Positions 50,222-58,710 of a stretch of 64,000 bases of DNA are shown here, piece after piece. The position numbers were made by a program, and so were the translations under genes. The notes beneath the pieces were generated by a model. That model saw nothing but the letters and a program-made list of their open reading frames with translations, had not been told where the DNA came from and did no database searches. Numbering within the stretch: position 1 is the first letter of the stretch; each line of letters opens with the position of its first letter. This DNA is from Candidatus Sericytochromatia bacterium (lineage in GTDB: Bacteria > Cyanobacteriota > Sericytochromatia > S15B-MN24 > JAQBPE01): the NCBI GenBank assembly GCA_035285125.1, contig JAYKHR010000045.1, forward strand, positions 128,001-192,000. The letters are read 5' to 3'.

Positions 50222-51415
50222 ATGGGCATCCACCGCGTCGGTTCCATCCAGCAGCTCCCCGGCCGGCCTCCGGTGGCGGCGCCCGTCGCCCCGCCGGCTC
50301 AGCCGGCCGCCGCGGCCTGGGGCCAGGACGGCGCGAGCTTCGGTGGGGTGCCGCCTTACGCGACGCCGCCCTTCGTGCCTCAGCAGCCCTCGCCGTGGGG
50401 CCAGACGCCGCCTTACCCGGGCGTGCCGCAGCAGCCCTCGCCGTGGGGCCAGACGCCGCCTTACCCGAGCGTGCCGCAGCAGCCGACCTCGCCGTGGGGC
50501 CAGACGCCGTCTTACCCGAGCGTGCCGCAGCAGCCCTCGCCCTGGGGCCAGACGCCGCCCGTGGCTCCGGGGCCGACGCCCGCGCAGGTGGCCGAGATCC
50601 AGGCCCTGATGGCGGAAGTCGCCCGGCTCCAGCAGCAACTCGACGCCATCCTGGCGATGCGGCCTCAGCCGGCTCCGGGCTGGGGCACGCAGCCCGCCGG
50701 GCCCACCCCGGGCTGGGGCATGCAGCCCACGACGCCTGCGTTCCCGATGAGCGTGCCCCCAGCGCCGCTGCCTCAGGCGCCTCTGCCCGTCGCGCCGCCG
50801 CTGCCGGCGCCTCCGCCCGTTGCGCCGCCGCTGCCGGCGCCTCCGCCCGTCATCCCGCCGGCCCAGACGACGCCTGCGCCCACCCCGCCCTCGCCGACCC
50901 CGCCGCCCGTCATCCCGGCTCCCTCCCAGCCGACGACCGCTCGGCCCGGGCTGTTGCAGCTCTCGGGCTTGCCTGCCGGCACGCGCCTGAGGCTGGCCCC
51001 CGGCACCTCGGTGAAGGGCTTCGACGTCTCGGGCACCGCGGCGATCCGGGAGTCCAGCCCCCAGGTGCTGGACCTCATCGCCAAGGGCTCTGCGTTGTTC
51101 GGCCTCGTGCGCCGCACCTATGGCCTGCGGGCCGAGGCGCAGCCGGATGGCAGAATGAAGATCGCCCTGAACGAGATCGGCAGTGACGGCAGGGCCAAGA
51201 AGAGCGTCTTCTCGGGCAACCTGAAGGTGCTCGATTCCAGGCCGGGCAGCCTCACGCTGCGCGATCCGGACGGCAAGGCCGGCTCCATCACCCAGGGGGC
51301 CGACGGCAGCCTGACGATCCAGCACCCCGAGGGCACGATCAAGCTGTACGTGACGGGCCGCGCCCCCCTCATCGCCGGCGTGGATGACGTCGACAACGGC
51401 CAGGCCCTGGCCTGA
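50222..51415 (+). CDS. Pro/Gln-rich repeat protein with short coiled coil and beta-rich C-terminal domain
   Basis: GGAGG RBS. QQPSPWGQTPPYPSVP repeats, EIQALMAEVARLQQQLDAIL. Confidence 0.75.
   Translation: MGIHRVGSIQQLPGRPPVAAPVAPPAQPAAAAWGQDGASFGGVPPYATPPFVPQQPSPWGQTPPYPGVPQQPSPWGQTPPYPSVPQQPTSPWGQTPSYPSVPQQPSPWGQTPPVAPGPTPAQVAEIQALMAEVARLQQQLDAILAMRPQPAPGWGTQPAGPTPGWGMQPTTPAFPMSVPPAPLPQAPLPVAPPLPAPPPVAPPLPAPPPVIPPAQTTPAPTPPSPTPPPVIPAPSQPTTARPGLLQLSGLPAGTRLRLAPGTSVKGFDVSGTAAIRESSPQVLDLIAKGSALFGLVRRTYGLRAEAQPDGRMKIALNEIGSDGRAKKSVFSGNLKVLDSRPGSLTLRDPDGKAGSITQGADGSLTIQHPEGTIKLYVTGRAPLIAGVDDVDNGQALA
50381..50560 (+). repeat. Coding 48/51-bp tandem repeat (about 3.7 units)
   Basis: cagcagccctcgccgtggggccagacgccgccttacccg.gcgtgccg is repeated. 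Confidence 0.9.
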
Positions 51416-51579
51416 TCCTCGAGCGGGCTCCCTTCGGACCAGCAGGTCGGGCGGCTGACTGACGTCGGGCGCCGCGCTCTCGCAAGGCCGTCCCAGGCCG
51501 ACGGCCTGGGACGCTGCCGCCTCAAGCAGGCTGGACGGGGGGTATCGCGCTGGTTCAGATAATGTTGATTATCCGAATC

Positions 51580-51713
51580 AGCCCCGCTGTGAGGCTGCTT
51601 CGCTCTGGTGCGGGTTTCCGGCGTTTCAAGGTCAATGGGTTCCGGATAACACGACCGAAAGCCCCCGGGGGTACGTCAGGAGACAAGATAACGCGTGGCT
51701 GCCGTTGAGGGCC
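51580..51713 (+). ncRNA. ssrS: Probable 6S RNA, cyanobacterial (SsaA) type
   Basis: Intergenic and folds by eye into one long irregular hairpin, with G-U pairs favouring the + strand. The ends CCGCTGTGAGGCTGC...GTGGCTGCCGTT resemble cyanobacterial 6S closing stems (from recall, not a search). Confidence 0.65.
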
Positions 51714-51720
51714 TTCCTGG

Positions 51721-51757
51721 TCGCGCCAGGTCATTCCCTTCACCGGGCCTGGCGCGA
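51721..51757. terminator. 10-bp hairpin between the convergent 6S RNA and CDS
   Basis: TCGCGCCAGG-N17-CCTGGCGCGA. No U-tract. Confidence 0.4.
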
Positions 51758-52363
51758 GCCGTGCAGCGGGCGGATCCCTGCGGTGGTGGAGGAGGGGCTG
51801 GGTTCGTGCCCGGGGAAGCGCTCGCTGATGCCCTCCAACCGCCAACCTTGCCCGTCTTCGTGGTGCCACAGGTGATACGAGACCCCGGCAGGGTGCCGCT
51901 CCGTGCGGATACAGACCCCATCGGCACGGAAGAAGTCCTGGGAGATGTGGGCCTCGAAGCGAACGACCACACGATCGGCGCCCGGCCCGCCTTCCGTGAC
52001 GTGCACGAAGACCGGGGGGCGGGCCAGGGTGACGACGGCCTCGCGCCGCACCGCCTCTGCCGGCCACCGTGCAGCCTGCCCGCTCAGCATCTCTGGCTGC
52101 ACCCAGGCCTGCAGGCCCTCCAGCGCCTCTCGCGTCGGGGCGCTCCAGAACGACGACGCCGTGCGGGTCACCAGGTCCCGAAGCTCCTCCACGTCCCAGA
52201 CCCCGGGTTGCTGGGAAGCCAGCAGGGCCAGGATTCGCTCAGTTTGTACGTTGCGTGATGACTCCAGGTCCCGCCGCTGAGCCGACAAGCGCCGCCGCAT
52301 CAGGGTCGCGCCCATGCAGGCCGCGACGAAGCCGACGAAGACTGACGTCAGTTCGAGAACCAT
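51740..52363 (-). CDS. Membrane-anchored hypothetical protein, possibly Tim44-like/NTF2 fold
   Basis: N-terminal TM. WD.EEL.D.V, RVVVRFEA.I, W......GWRLEGI pattern. 7 bp downstream of add. Confidence 0.6.
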   Translation of the reverse strand: MVLELTSVFVGFVAACMGATLMRRRLSAQRRDLESSRNVQTERILALLASQQPGVWDVEELRDLVTRTASSFWSAPTREALEGLQAWVQPEMLSGQAARWPAEAVRREAVVTLARPPVFVHVTEGGPGADRVVVRFEAHISQDFFRADGVCIRTERHPAGVSYHLWHHEDGQGWRLEGISERFPGHEPSPSSTTAGIRPLHGSRQAR

Positions 52364-52370
52364 GGGGGGC

Positions 52371-53435
52371 TCAGCGAGAAGCGGGGGGCTCGAGGGTGTA
52401 GCGGCTCATGTCGAGGATCGGGAGCACGTGCCGGAGCAGGGCCTGGCGCTCCTCGTAGGGCAGGAAGGCGCTCTTGAAGCCGTTCAGCACGATCCACTTC
52501 AGCGTGCGCTCATCGAGGTCGAGGGCCGTGTGGCAGCGCCACAGCTCGTCCGTGACGGAGGTGCGAGAGAACAGCCTGTTGTCGGTGTTGACGGTGACGC
52601 GGACCTGCTGGTCAATGTAGTCCCTGATGGGGTGTTCAGCCAGGCTTGGCACCACGCGTGTTTGCACGTTGCTTGTGGGGCAGAGCTCCAGAGGGATGCG
52701 GTGGTCGATCACGTACTGCAGGAGATCCAGGTCCTCACGCAGCGTGACACCATGCCCGATGCGATGCGCGCCGCAGTCGTTGATTGCTTGGTGGATGCTC
52801 GCAGGGCCCCAAGCTTCGCCGGCATGCACCGTGATATTCAGGTTTTTGTCCCTCGCATGAGCGAAGGCATGAACGTGGAGCTTGGCCGGGTTGCCTGCCT
52901 CGCCGCCCGCCAGATCGAAGGCGACCACGCCCTTGTTTTTATACGCCACGGCCAACTCCGCGAGGCGGAAGGACTCCGACTCGAAGCGGTCGCGCAGGCC
53001 GCAGATGATCACCCGGGCCTTGGTGCCCGTGTCCCGTTCGGCGTCGCGTAGGCCCGCCAGCACGGCGTCGTTCACCTCGGTCAGGCTGAGGCCCTCCCGG
53101 CGGTGCTCGATCGGCGAGTAGCGCACCTCGAGGTAGATGACGTTCTCCCTCGCGGCGTCCTCGACCAGCTCGTAGGCAATCCGGTGCAGGCTCTCGGCGT
53201 CCTGCATCACCATGATCGTGTACTTGAACCAGACCAGGAAGTCGGCCAGGGAACTCGAGGAGTCGATGGCTTCCAGGATGCGCTGGAGCTCGGCGGGATC
53301 GTCGGTGGGCAGCTCGCCGACCTTGCCCTGCTTCCGCGCGAGGTCGAGCAGCGTGGAGAGCCTGAGCGAGCCGTCCAGGTGGCAGTGCAGGTCGGCCTTC
53401 GGCCAGGCCAGGATGGTGTCCCGGGTGAGGGTCAT
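52371..53435 (-). CDS. add: Adenosine deaminase
   Basis: PKADLHCHLDGS, YLEVRYSP, DLAGGE, TVHAGE, RIGHG, ELCPTSN, NTDN. Confidence 0.95.
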   Translation of the reverse strand: MTLTRDTILAWPKADLHCHLDGSLRLSTLLDLARKQGKVGELPTDDPAELQRILEAIDSSSSLADFLVWFKYTIMVMQDAESLHRIAYELVEDAARENVIYLEVRYSPIEHRREGLSLTEVNDAVLAGLRDAERDTGTKARVIICGLRDRFESESFRLAELAVAYKNKGVVAFDLAGGEAGNPAKLHVHAFAHARDKNLNITVHAGEAWGPASIHQAINDCGAHRIGHGVTLREDLDLLQYVIDHRIPLELCPTSNVQTRVVPSLAEHPIRDYIDQQVRVTVNTDNRLFSRTSVTDELWRCHTALDLDERTLKWIVLNGFKSAFLPYEERQALLRHVLPILDMSRYTLEPPASR

Positions 53436-53642
53436 GGCGCGTCCCTTCTGCGTGGTGGTGGCGGGGCCGGTGGGTCATTCTAGCACGGGGGGGACGGCAC
53501 CCCCTCGTTTCCCGGTCACATTGCAGTTGTAAAGATAATAAATATTATAAGGAAGAAGTGTTCGGCCACCCCGAGGGTATGAAGAGCCTGCCCGCCCCGC
53601 GGGGGTGGACCGCCCGAGCCCGATGGAACGCCCCACGCCCCC

Positions 53643-55346
53643 ATGACCGAGGAAACCGCAACCGACGGCGCCTCCCCCGAAGGCACCCCCGCTGCGCGCT
53701 CTGGCGTGCGACGGCGCGCCAAGCACCGAGGGGTCGGCCTGCAGGTGGTGCGCGGCCGCCTCGGGCGCCGGTGGCGGCCCGAGGGGTCGTCCGGCCGTCG
53801 GGCCATCCTTGCCCTCCTCGGGGCGGTGTTGCCCCTGCCGATGCTGCTCGTCGGCAGCCTCGTGATGGATGGGACCATCCCCGTGCCGGGCCGGCACGAG
53901 GCCGCGGAGGTGCACGACGAGGTGGCGGCCGGCCACGGGGAGGGGCACCGCCACGGCGAGCCGGCCTCTGGCGACGGGCAGGCCAAGGCCCCCGGCCACG
54001 GCCACGGCGAGGCGGCCGAGCACGGAGAGCGCCACGGCCCTGCCAAGGCCGCCGGCCACGCGAAGGCCCACGGCCACGGCAAGCCGGCCTCTGGCCATGG
54101 GCAGGCCAAGCCGGCGGCCACGCCGTCGCTCGTGGCCCGTGACGAGGCCCAGCCTCCCACCCACGACCTGCTCGGGCTCAAGCAGAAAGGCCCGGCCAAG
54201 GCGCAGGGGCCCTCCTGGTTCGAGGCCTTGGGGGCCCGCCTTCGGTCCTGGTGGGAGGAGGCACCACCCGGCAAGGAGCCGCATCAAAAGGCCGCAGGCC
54301 CGGAGGGGGCCTCGCCCCATGCCGCCGCGGCGACGGCCGGAATCCACGGGGAGGCGAAGCGCCCAGCCGTCGCCCACGCGGCAAGGTCCGGCAAGGGGGG
54401 CGCCACGGCCGCACCCGCGCCCGAGGCCGCGGGCCACGGTGAGGCGCCCGCTCCCCGGGGGGCTGCGCCCGAGGCCGTGGGCCACGGTCAGGCGCCCGCA
54501 CCCGGCGGGGCTGCGCCTGAGGCGACGCCGCACGGCCGCGCTGGCGCTGCCGCTCATCCGGGCGGCCACGCCAGGCCGGCGGCAGGTGCCCACGCCGGCG
54601 ACCCGGGAGGAGCCGCCGCGCAGGCCGTCGAGCGCACCGTCCTGCCGAGGCCGCGCCCCCGGCCCACCTCGCCGCCGCCAGGCCTCGGGGCACGCGCGGC
54701 GTCGTGGATCGCGGGGGCTTGGCTGTCCACGGGCAAGGCCTCTCCGGCTCCCAAGGCGGCCGGCCAGCGTGCCGTCACCCGCTCGAATGCGGAGGTGGCC
54801 CGTCGGGTCGACAGGCAGGCCCCGCAGGTCTCGATGCGGCTGCAGGTCAAGCTCAGGCGCGGGCAGGCGGGGGTCTGGGGACACCGAACGCCGGATGGGC
54901 TCGCCCGCGTGTTGCTCGCCCCGATGCCGGACGGCGGCAGCAAGCTGCTGCTGACGACGGACCTCGCCTTTGTCTCCGTCGATCCCGAGGTCCGGCGGCG
55001 GCTGCCCCGGGCCGACCAGCTGCCGGGAGGGTCCCTGGAGGCCTTTTTAGAGCGATTCCCCGGCGACGGCCTCGACTGGTGGCAGCGCACGCGGCCTGGC
55101 TTTGCCCTGGTGGACGCCTTCGTCGGCACCTACATGCCCCCCGGGCGCGGCACGTCCTCGGCGGCCCGCTTCGCGTGGTGGGCGGCTCAGCTGCGCGGCC
55201 GCCTGGAGGCCACCCGGCGGCCACCGGGCGACGAAGCCATCTGGACGCCCACCTTCAACGTCGGGGCGCGCGTCGGACAGGCCTTCCTGACAGGGCAGGA
55301 CTTCACGCTCCAGCTGTACGTGCCCCCCGAGGACCCCGGCCTCTAG
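53643..55346 (+). CDS. Hypothetical single-pass membrane protein with His/Ala/Gly-rich linker
   Basis: TM ILALLGAVLPLPMLLVGSLV, GHGEGHRHGE/GHGHGE repeats, globular C-terminal about 180 aa. Confidence 0.65.
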   Translation: MTEETATDGASPEGTPAARSGVRRRAKHRGVGLQVVRGRLGRRWRPEGSSGRRAILALLGAVLPLPMLLVGSLVMDGTIPVPGRHEAAEVHDEVAAGHGEGHRHGEPASGDGQAKAPGHGHGEAAEHGERHGPAKAAGHAKAHGHGKPASGHGQAKPAATPSLVARDEAQPPTHDLLGLKQKGPAKAQGPSWFEALGARLRSWWEEAPPGKEPHQKAAGPEGASPHAAAATAGIHGEAKRPAVAHAARSGKGGATAAPAPEAAGHGEAPAPRGAAPEAVGHGQAPAPGGAAPEATPHGRAGAAAHPGGHARPAAGAHAGDPGGAAAQAVERTVLPRPRPRPTSPPPGLGARAASWIAGAWLSTGKASPAPKAAGQRAVTRSNAEVARRVDRQAPQVSMRLQVKLRRGQAGVWGHRTPDGLARVLLAPMPDGGSKLLLTTDLAFVSVDPEVRRRLPRADQLPGGSLEAFLERFPGDGLDWWQRTRPGFALVDAFVGTYMPPGRGTSSAARFAWWAAQLRGRLEATRRPPGDEAIWTPTFNVGARVGQAFLTGQDFTLQLYVPPEDPGL

Positions 55347-55465
55347 GGGCAGAGGAGCGACCGCCTGCCGGGTGCGATGGTGCATCCGACACAAATGTGA
55401 CGGGCTGCGGTATGTTATGTTGGAGGTTGCAAGCCGCAGGGCCCGCAGCCGCCCGGGAGGAGCCG

Positions 55466-56023
55466 ATGTCCGACAACACGATCCTGTCTTGTGATCAGGT
55501 GGCCCAGTGCCTGGGGGTCAAGCCGTCCCAGGTCAAGAACTGGGCCGTGCGTCTGCCGGTGCCCTCGTGGGTCGAGGCGGACGGCACGCGGTACTTTCCC
55601 GCCGACGTCCTCGGCATCCTGGAGGCCGTCAAGACGATGCGCGACGAGGAGGCCTCGTATGCCTCCATCCGGCGCTTCATCGAGCCGCTGGTGCCCCAGC
55701 ACCCGCAGCGGCTCGACCAGGCACCGCGCGTCGAGCTCTCCAACGAGCGCGTGACGGAGGTCATGTCCGTGGTGCGGCCGCTGTGGAACGCGCTGCAGCA
55801 TGAGCACGCCGAGGCCGCCCGTCGGCTGGCCCGGCTGGAGCAGGAGGTGTCGAGCCTCCGCACCGAGCGCGCGGCCCTGCAATCCCAGCTGGCGGCGCTG
55901 TCCCCCTCGCGGTCTGCGGCCGTGGGCCTGCGCGGGCTGGTCTCCCGCTGGCTCGGAGCGCCAGCCCGCAGCCACGAGCCCACCCACGCCCCCGACGTCA
56001 CGCTGGACCTCCGCCCCATCTGA
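55466..56023 (+). CDS. MerR-like HTH protein with C-terminal coiled coil
   Basis: GGAGGAG RBS. QVAQCLGVKPSQVKNW...DGTRYF..DVL..L..VK.MR. Heptads ARRLARLEQEVSSLRTERAALQSQL. Confidence 0.75.
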   Translation: MSDNTILSCDQVAQCLGVKPSQVKNWAVRLPVPSWVEADGTRYFPADVLGILEAVKTMRDEEASYASIRRFIEPLVPQHPQRLDQAPRVELSNERVTEVMSVVRPLWNALQHEHAEAARRLARLEQEVSSLRTERAALQSQLAALSPSRSAAVGLRGLVSRWLGAPARSHEPTHAPDVTLDLRPI

Positions 56024-56101
56024 TGGCGTTCACCTGACGCCCTGCCGGGCGTTGCCTGAGGCCGGTCCTCCCGCCACCATGCGCTGGGGGAGGGCGGACG
56101 G

Positions 56102-57238
56102 ATGGGTGAAGCTGACGGGTGGCGCCTGGGGCGCGTGGCGGGCATCCCCGTCACCATCAGCCCGAGCTGGCTGCTGATCGTGGCCGTCGTGGCCCTCAGC
56201 CTCGGCACCCAGGTCGTGCCGGGGTGGGAGCCTGGCCTCTCACGTCCGGCGGCCCTCGGGGTGGGCCTGGCCCTGACGCTCCTGTTCTTCGTCGGCCTCG
56301 TGCTACACGAGCTGGCCCATGCCCGCATGAGCGAGCACTTCGGCATGCCGGTGGCGCGCATTCGGCTGTTCCTCTTCGGCGGCGTGTCGGAGTCCCGGGT
56401 GGAGATGCGCACGCCGGGCATCGAGCTCGCGGTGGCGATCGTGGGCCCGCTCACGAGCCTGGCCCTGGCGGCCGGCTGCTTCGGGCTCGCGGTCGCCGTG
56501 CGGGCGCTCGACGGCCCCGCGCTCCTGGCTGCGGGGCTGGGCTGGCTGGCGCTGGTGAACTCGGGCGTGGCGTTCTTCAACTTGATGCCGGGGTTCCCGA
56601 TGGACGGTGGGCGCGTGCTGCGGGCCGTCCTGTGGGCGCTCAGCGGCGACATGGTGAGGGCCACGCGCTGGGCCTCCCGCGTGGGGCGGGGCTTCGGCTG
56701 GGCCCTCGTCGCCGTCGGGCTGGTGGAACTGGCGACGGGCGGCTGGGTGGGGGGGATCTGGCTGATGGCGCTCGGCTGGCTGATCGGGCAGGCGGCGCAG
56801 GGGGCCTACGTCCAGCTGGTCGTCAGCCGCGCGCTGGACCACGTGCCGGTGGCAGGGCTCATGGCCCGCGCCCCCGCGACGCTGACGCCCGACCTCACGC
56901 TGCAAGAGGCGGTGGAGCACCACTTCCTGCCACGCCCCTTCCACACCTACCCCGTGGTGGCAGAGGGCCGTTTGGTGGGCCTCATCGGGCGTGAGCACGT
57001 GCGGGCCGTGCCCCGGGGGCGCTGGGCAGACGTGACGGTCGGCCAGGCCATGGTCGCGCGGGCGGACCTGCCCGTGGTGACGCCGCAGATGGGGGTCGGG
57101 GAGGTGTTGCCGCTCTTGCTGGACGGGGCCGAGGGGCGGCTCCCCGTCGAGGCGGGCGGCCGGCTCGTCGGGTTGCTCAGCCAGACGGACGTCTTGCGGT
57201 ACCTGACGTGGACGCTCGACCGCCCCGTGTCCCGCTGA
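56102..57238 (+). CDS. Site-2 protease (M50) with tandem CBS domains
   Basis: LHELAH, LFLFGG, FNLMPGFPMDGGR, two CBS repeats. Confidence 0.95.
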   Translation: MGEADGWRLGRVAGIPVTISPSWLLIVAVVALSLGTQVVPGWEPGLSRPAALGVGLALTLLFFVGLVLHELAHARMSEHFGMPVARIRLFLFGGVSESRVEMRTPGIELAVAIVGPLTSLALAAGCFGLAVAVRALDGPALLAAGLGWLALVNSGVAFFNLMPGFPMDGGRVLRAVLWALSGDMVRATRWASRVGRGFGWALVAVGLVELATGGWVGGIWLMALGWLIGQAAQGAYVQLVVSRALDHVPVAGLMARAPATLTPDLTLQEAVEHHFLPRPFHTYPVVAEGRLVGLIGREHVRAVPRGRWADVTVGQAMVARADLPVVTPQMGVGEVLPLLLDGAEGRLPVEAGGRLVGLLSQTDVLRYLTWTLDRPVSR

Positions 57239-57288
57239 GGGGCTCGGTCAGCGCGGCGCCCTTCTCGGCGCGGCCCCCCGGTTGCCCG

Positions 57289-57966
57289 TCAGCGGTCGAC
57301 GGGGAGTCCGGTGGTGGCGTTGAAGACCACGGGGCGGGCGAGCCCTGACTGGATGGGCGCCTGCACCTTCCAGACCAGCTCCTGGAAATGGGCCGGGCTC
57401 ATCGACCCTCCAAGCGTCAGCTGGAACTCTCCGGCCGCCGGCTGCGTGGGGCGCATCATGCGGGCATGGGCGATCGCCGCCTGGCTGTCGATGCGGGGCA
57501 TCGGGGCGTCGAAGAAGGCCTGCCCGAGGGGCATGCCCGGCTGCTCCGTAACTTCGACGCGCACGTCGCCCCCTGCCGTCGCGGTGACGGCGACATGGCG
57601 GTACGTCGGCAGGCCCGGGACGCCCGGCTTCCGGCCGAGGGCCTGGGCTGCCGGCTCCGTGCCCACGTAGTGGACCTGCCACTCGCCCTGGGCCGCCGGC
57701 AGCCCGTCCACGCCGATCCGGGTGCCCACCAGCGCGGTGAAGGCCGCGTGAGGCTCGGCGCGACGGGCGAGCACGTGGGCGGTGGCGAGAACCGCGCAGG
57801 CCGTGAGGGACCCGGTGATCGCCCCGGGCCCGCTCGCCCGCGTCGCCAGCACCCCCGCGCGCGGCGCGGCGGACGGCACGACGCCCGGGCGGTTGGGGCC
57901 ACAGCCTGCGACCAGCAGGCACAGGCCGATGGACAATGGGAAAAGACGCGCCGACGGGGCGGGCAT
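57289..57966 (-). CDS. Hypothetical lipoprotein (PepSY-like C-terminus)
   Basis: Lipobox VAGC. IDSQAAIAHA...LVWKV...VVFNATTG. Confidence 0.65.
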   Translation of the reverse strand: MPAPSARLFPLSIGLCLLVAGCGPNRPGVVPSAAPRAGVLATRASGPGAITGSLTACAVLATAHVLARRAEPHAAFTALVGTRIGVDGLPAAQGEWQVHYVGTEPAAQALGRKPGVPGLPTYRHVAVTATAGGDVRVEVTEQPGMPLGQAFFDAPMPRIDSQAAIAHARMMRPTQPAAGEFQLTLGGSMSPAHFQELVWKVQAPIQSGLARPVVFNATTGLPVDR

Positions 57967-58070
57967 GAGACACCTCAGGCGCGGCCTGTCCTGAGAACGA
58001 GGCCACGCCTTCAGCGTATCATAAAATAAAGGTTAACGCGAGTATAAATACGTATGAACTGGTCCCGCGT

Positions 58071-58616
58071 TCACCTGCGGCCGAACAGCTGCTGGAAGCT
58101 GTCCACGAGGTTGCCGATGGCGTAGCCGAGCTCGGCCCCGGGCGGGTAGCCGTACCCGGGATAGCCAGGGTAGCCGTAACCGGGCTGCGGGTAGCTCGGG
58201 TAGGTGGGGTACGTCGGCTGCTGCGGATAGCCGTAGCCGTAGCCAGGCTGCGGATAGGTAGGCTGCTGCGGATAGGTGGGGTAGGTGGGGTACGTCGGCT
58301 GCTGCGGGTAGCCGTAGCCGTAGCCGGGCTGTGGGTAGGTCGGGTAGGTCGGCTGCGGCGGATAGGTCGGGTAGGTGGGATAGGTCGGCTGCTGAGGGTA
58401 GGTCGGGTAGCCGTAGCCGGGCTGCTGGTACCCGTAGCCGGGGTAGCGCCCGTTGTAGGCATAGGGGTTCTGGGCGGTGTAGGTGTCCTGCCCGAGGCCC
58501 GTGCCGCCGGTGGCTTCGCGCTGTTGGGCTGCAGGGGCGGCCGCGCGCTGCGTCGGGCGTAGCACGGGGTTCACCCGCGTGGCGGGCTGCACTTTATAGG
58601 GGTTGCCTTCCGGCAT
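58071..58616 (-). CDS. Tyr/Pro/Gln/Gly low-complexity repeat protein (181 aa)
   Basis: ATG 58616 after GAGAGG. (YPQQPTYPTYPTYPQPGYG)n repeats and an amphipathic C-terminal helix. Confidence 0.75.
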   Translation of the reverse strand: MPEGNPYKVQPATRVNPVLRPTQRAAAPAAQQREATGGTGLGQDTYTAQNPYAYNGRYPGYGYQQPGYGYPTYPQQPTYPTYPTYPPQPTYPTYPQPGYGYGYPQQPTYPTYPTYPQQPTYPQPGYGYGYPQQPTYPTYPSYPQPGYGYPGYPGYGYPPGAELGYAIGNLVDSFQQLFGRR

Positions 58617-58710
58617 CGGGCGGTACCTCTCGGCGTGGGGATGCCATGGTTGTCCGCCCGACGGTGCGCGATCTTGGTTATGCGCAGGATAATTTTTTGA
58701 TTTATTCCCG

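Noticed and set aside
50381..50560. Possible CRISPR array (also the 24-bp repeats and the 58.2-58.4 kb repeats)
   Set aside because: Head-to-tail coding repeats with no unique spacers and no cas genes.
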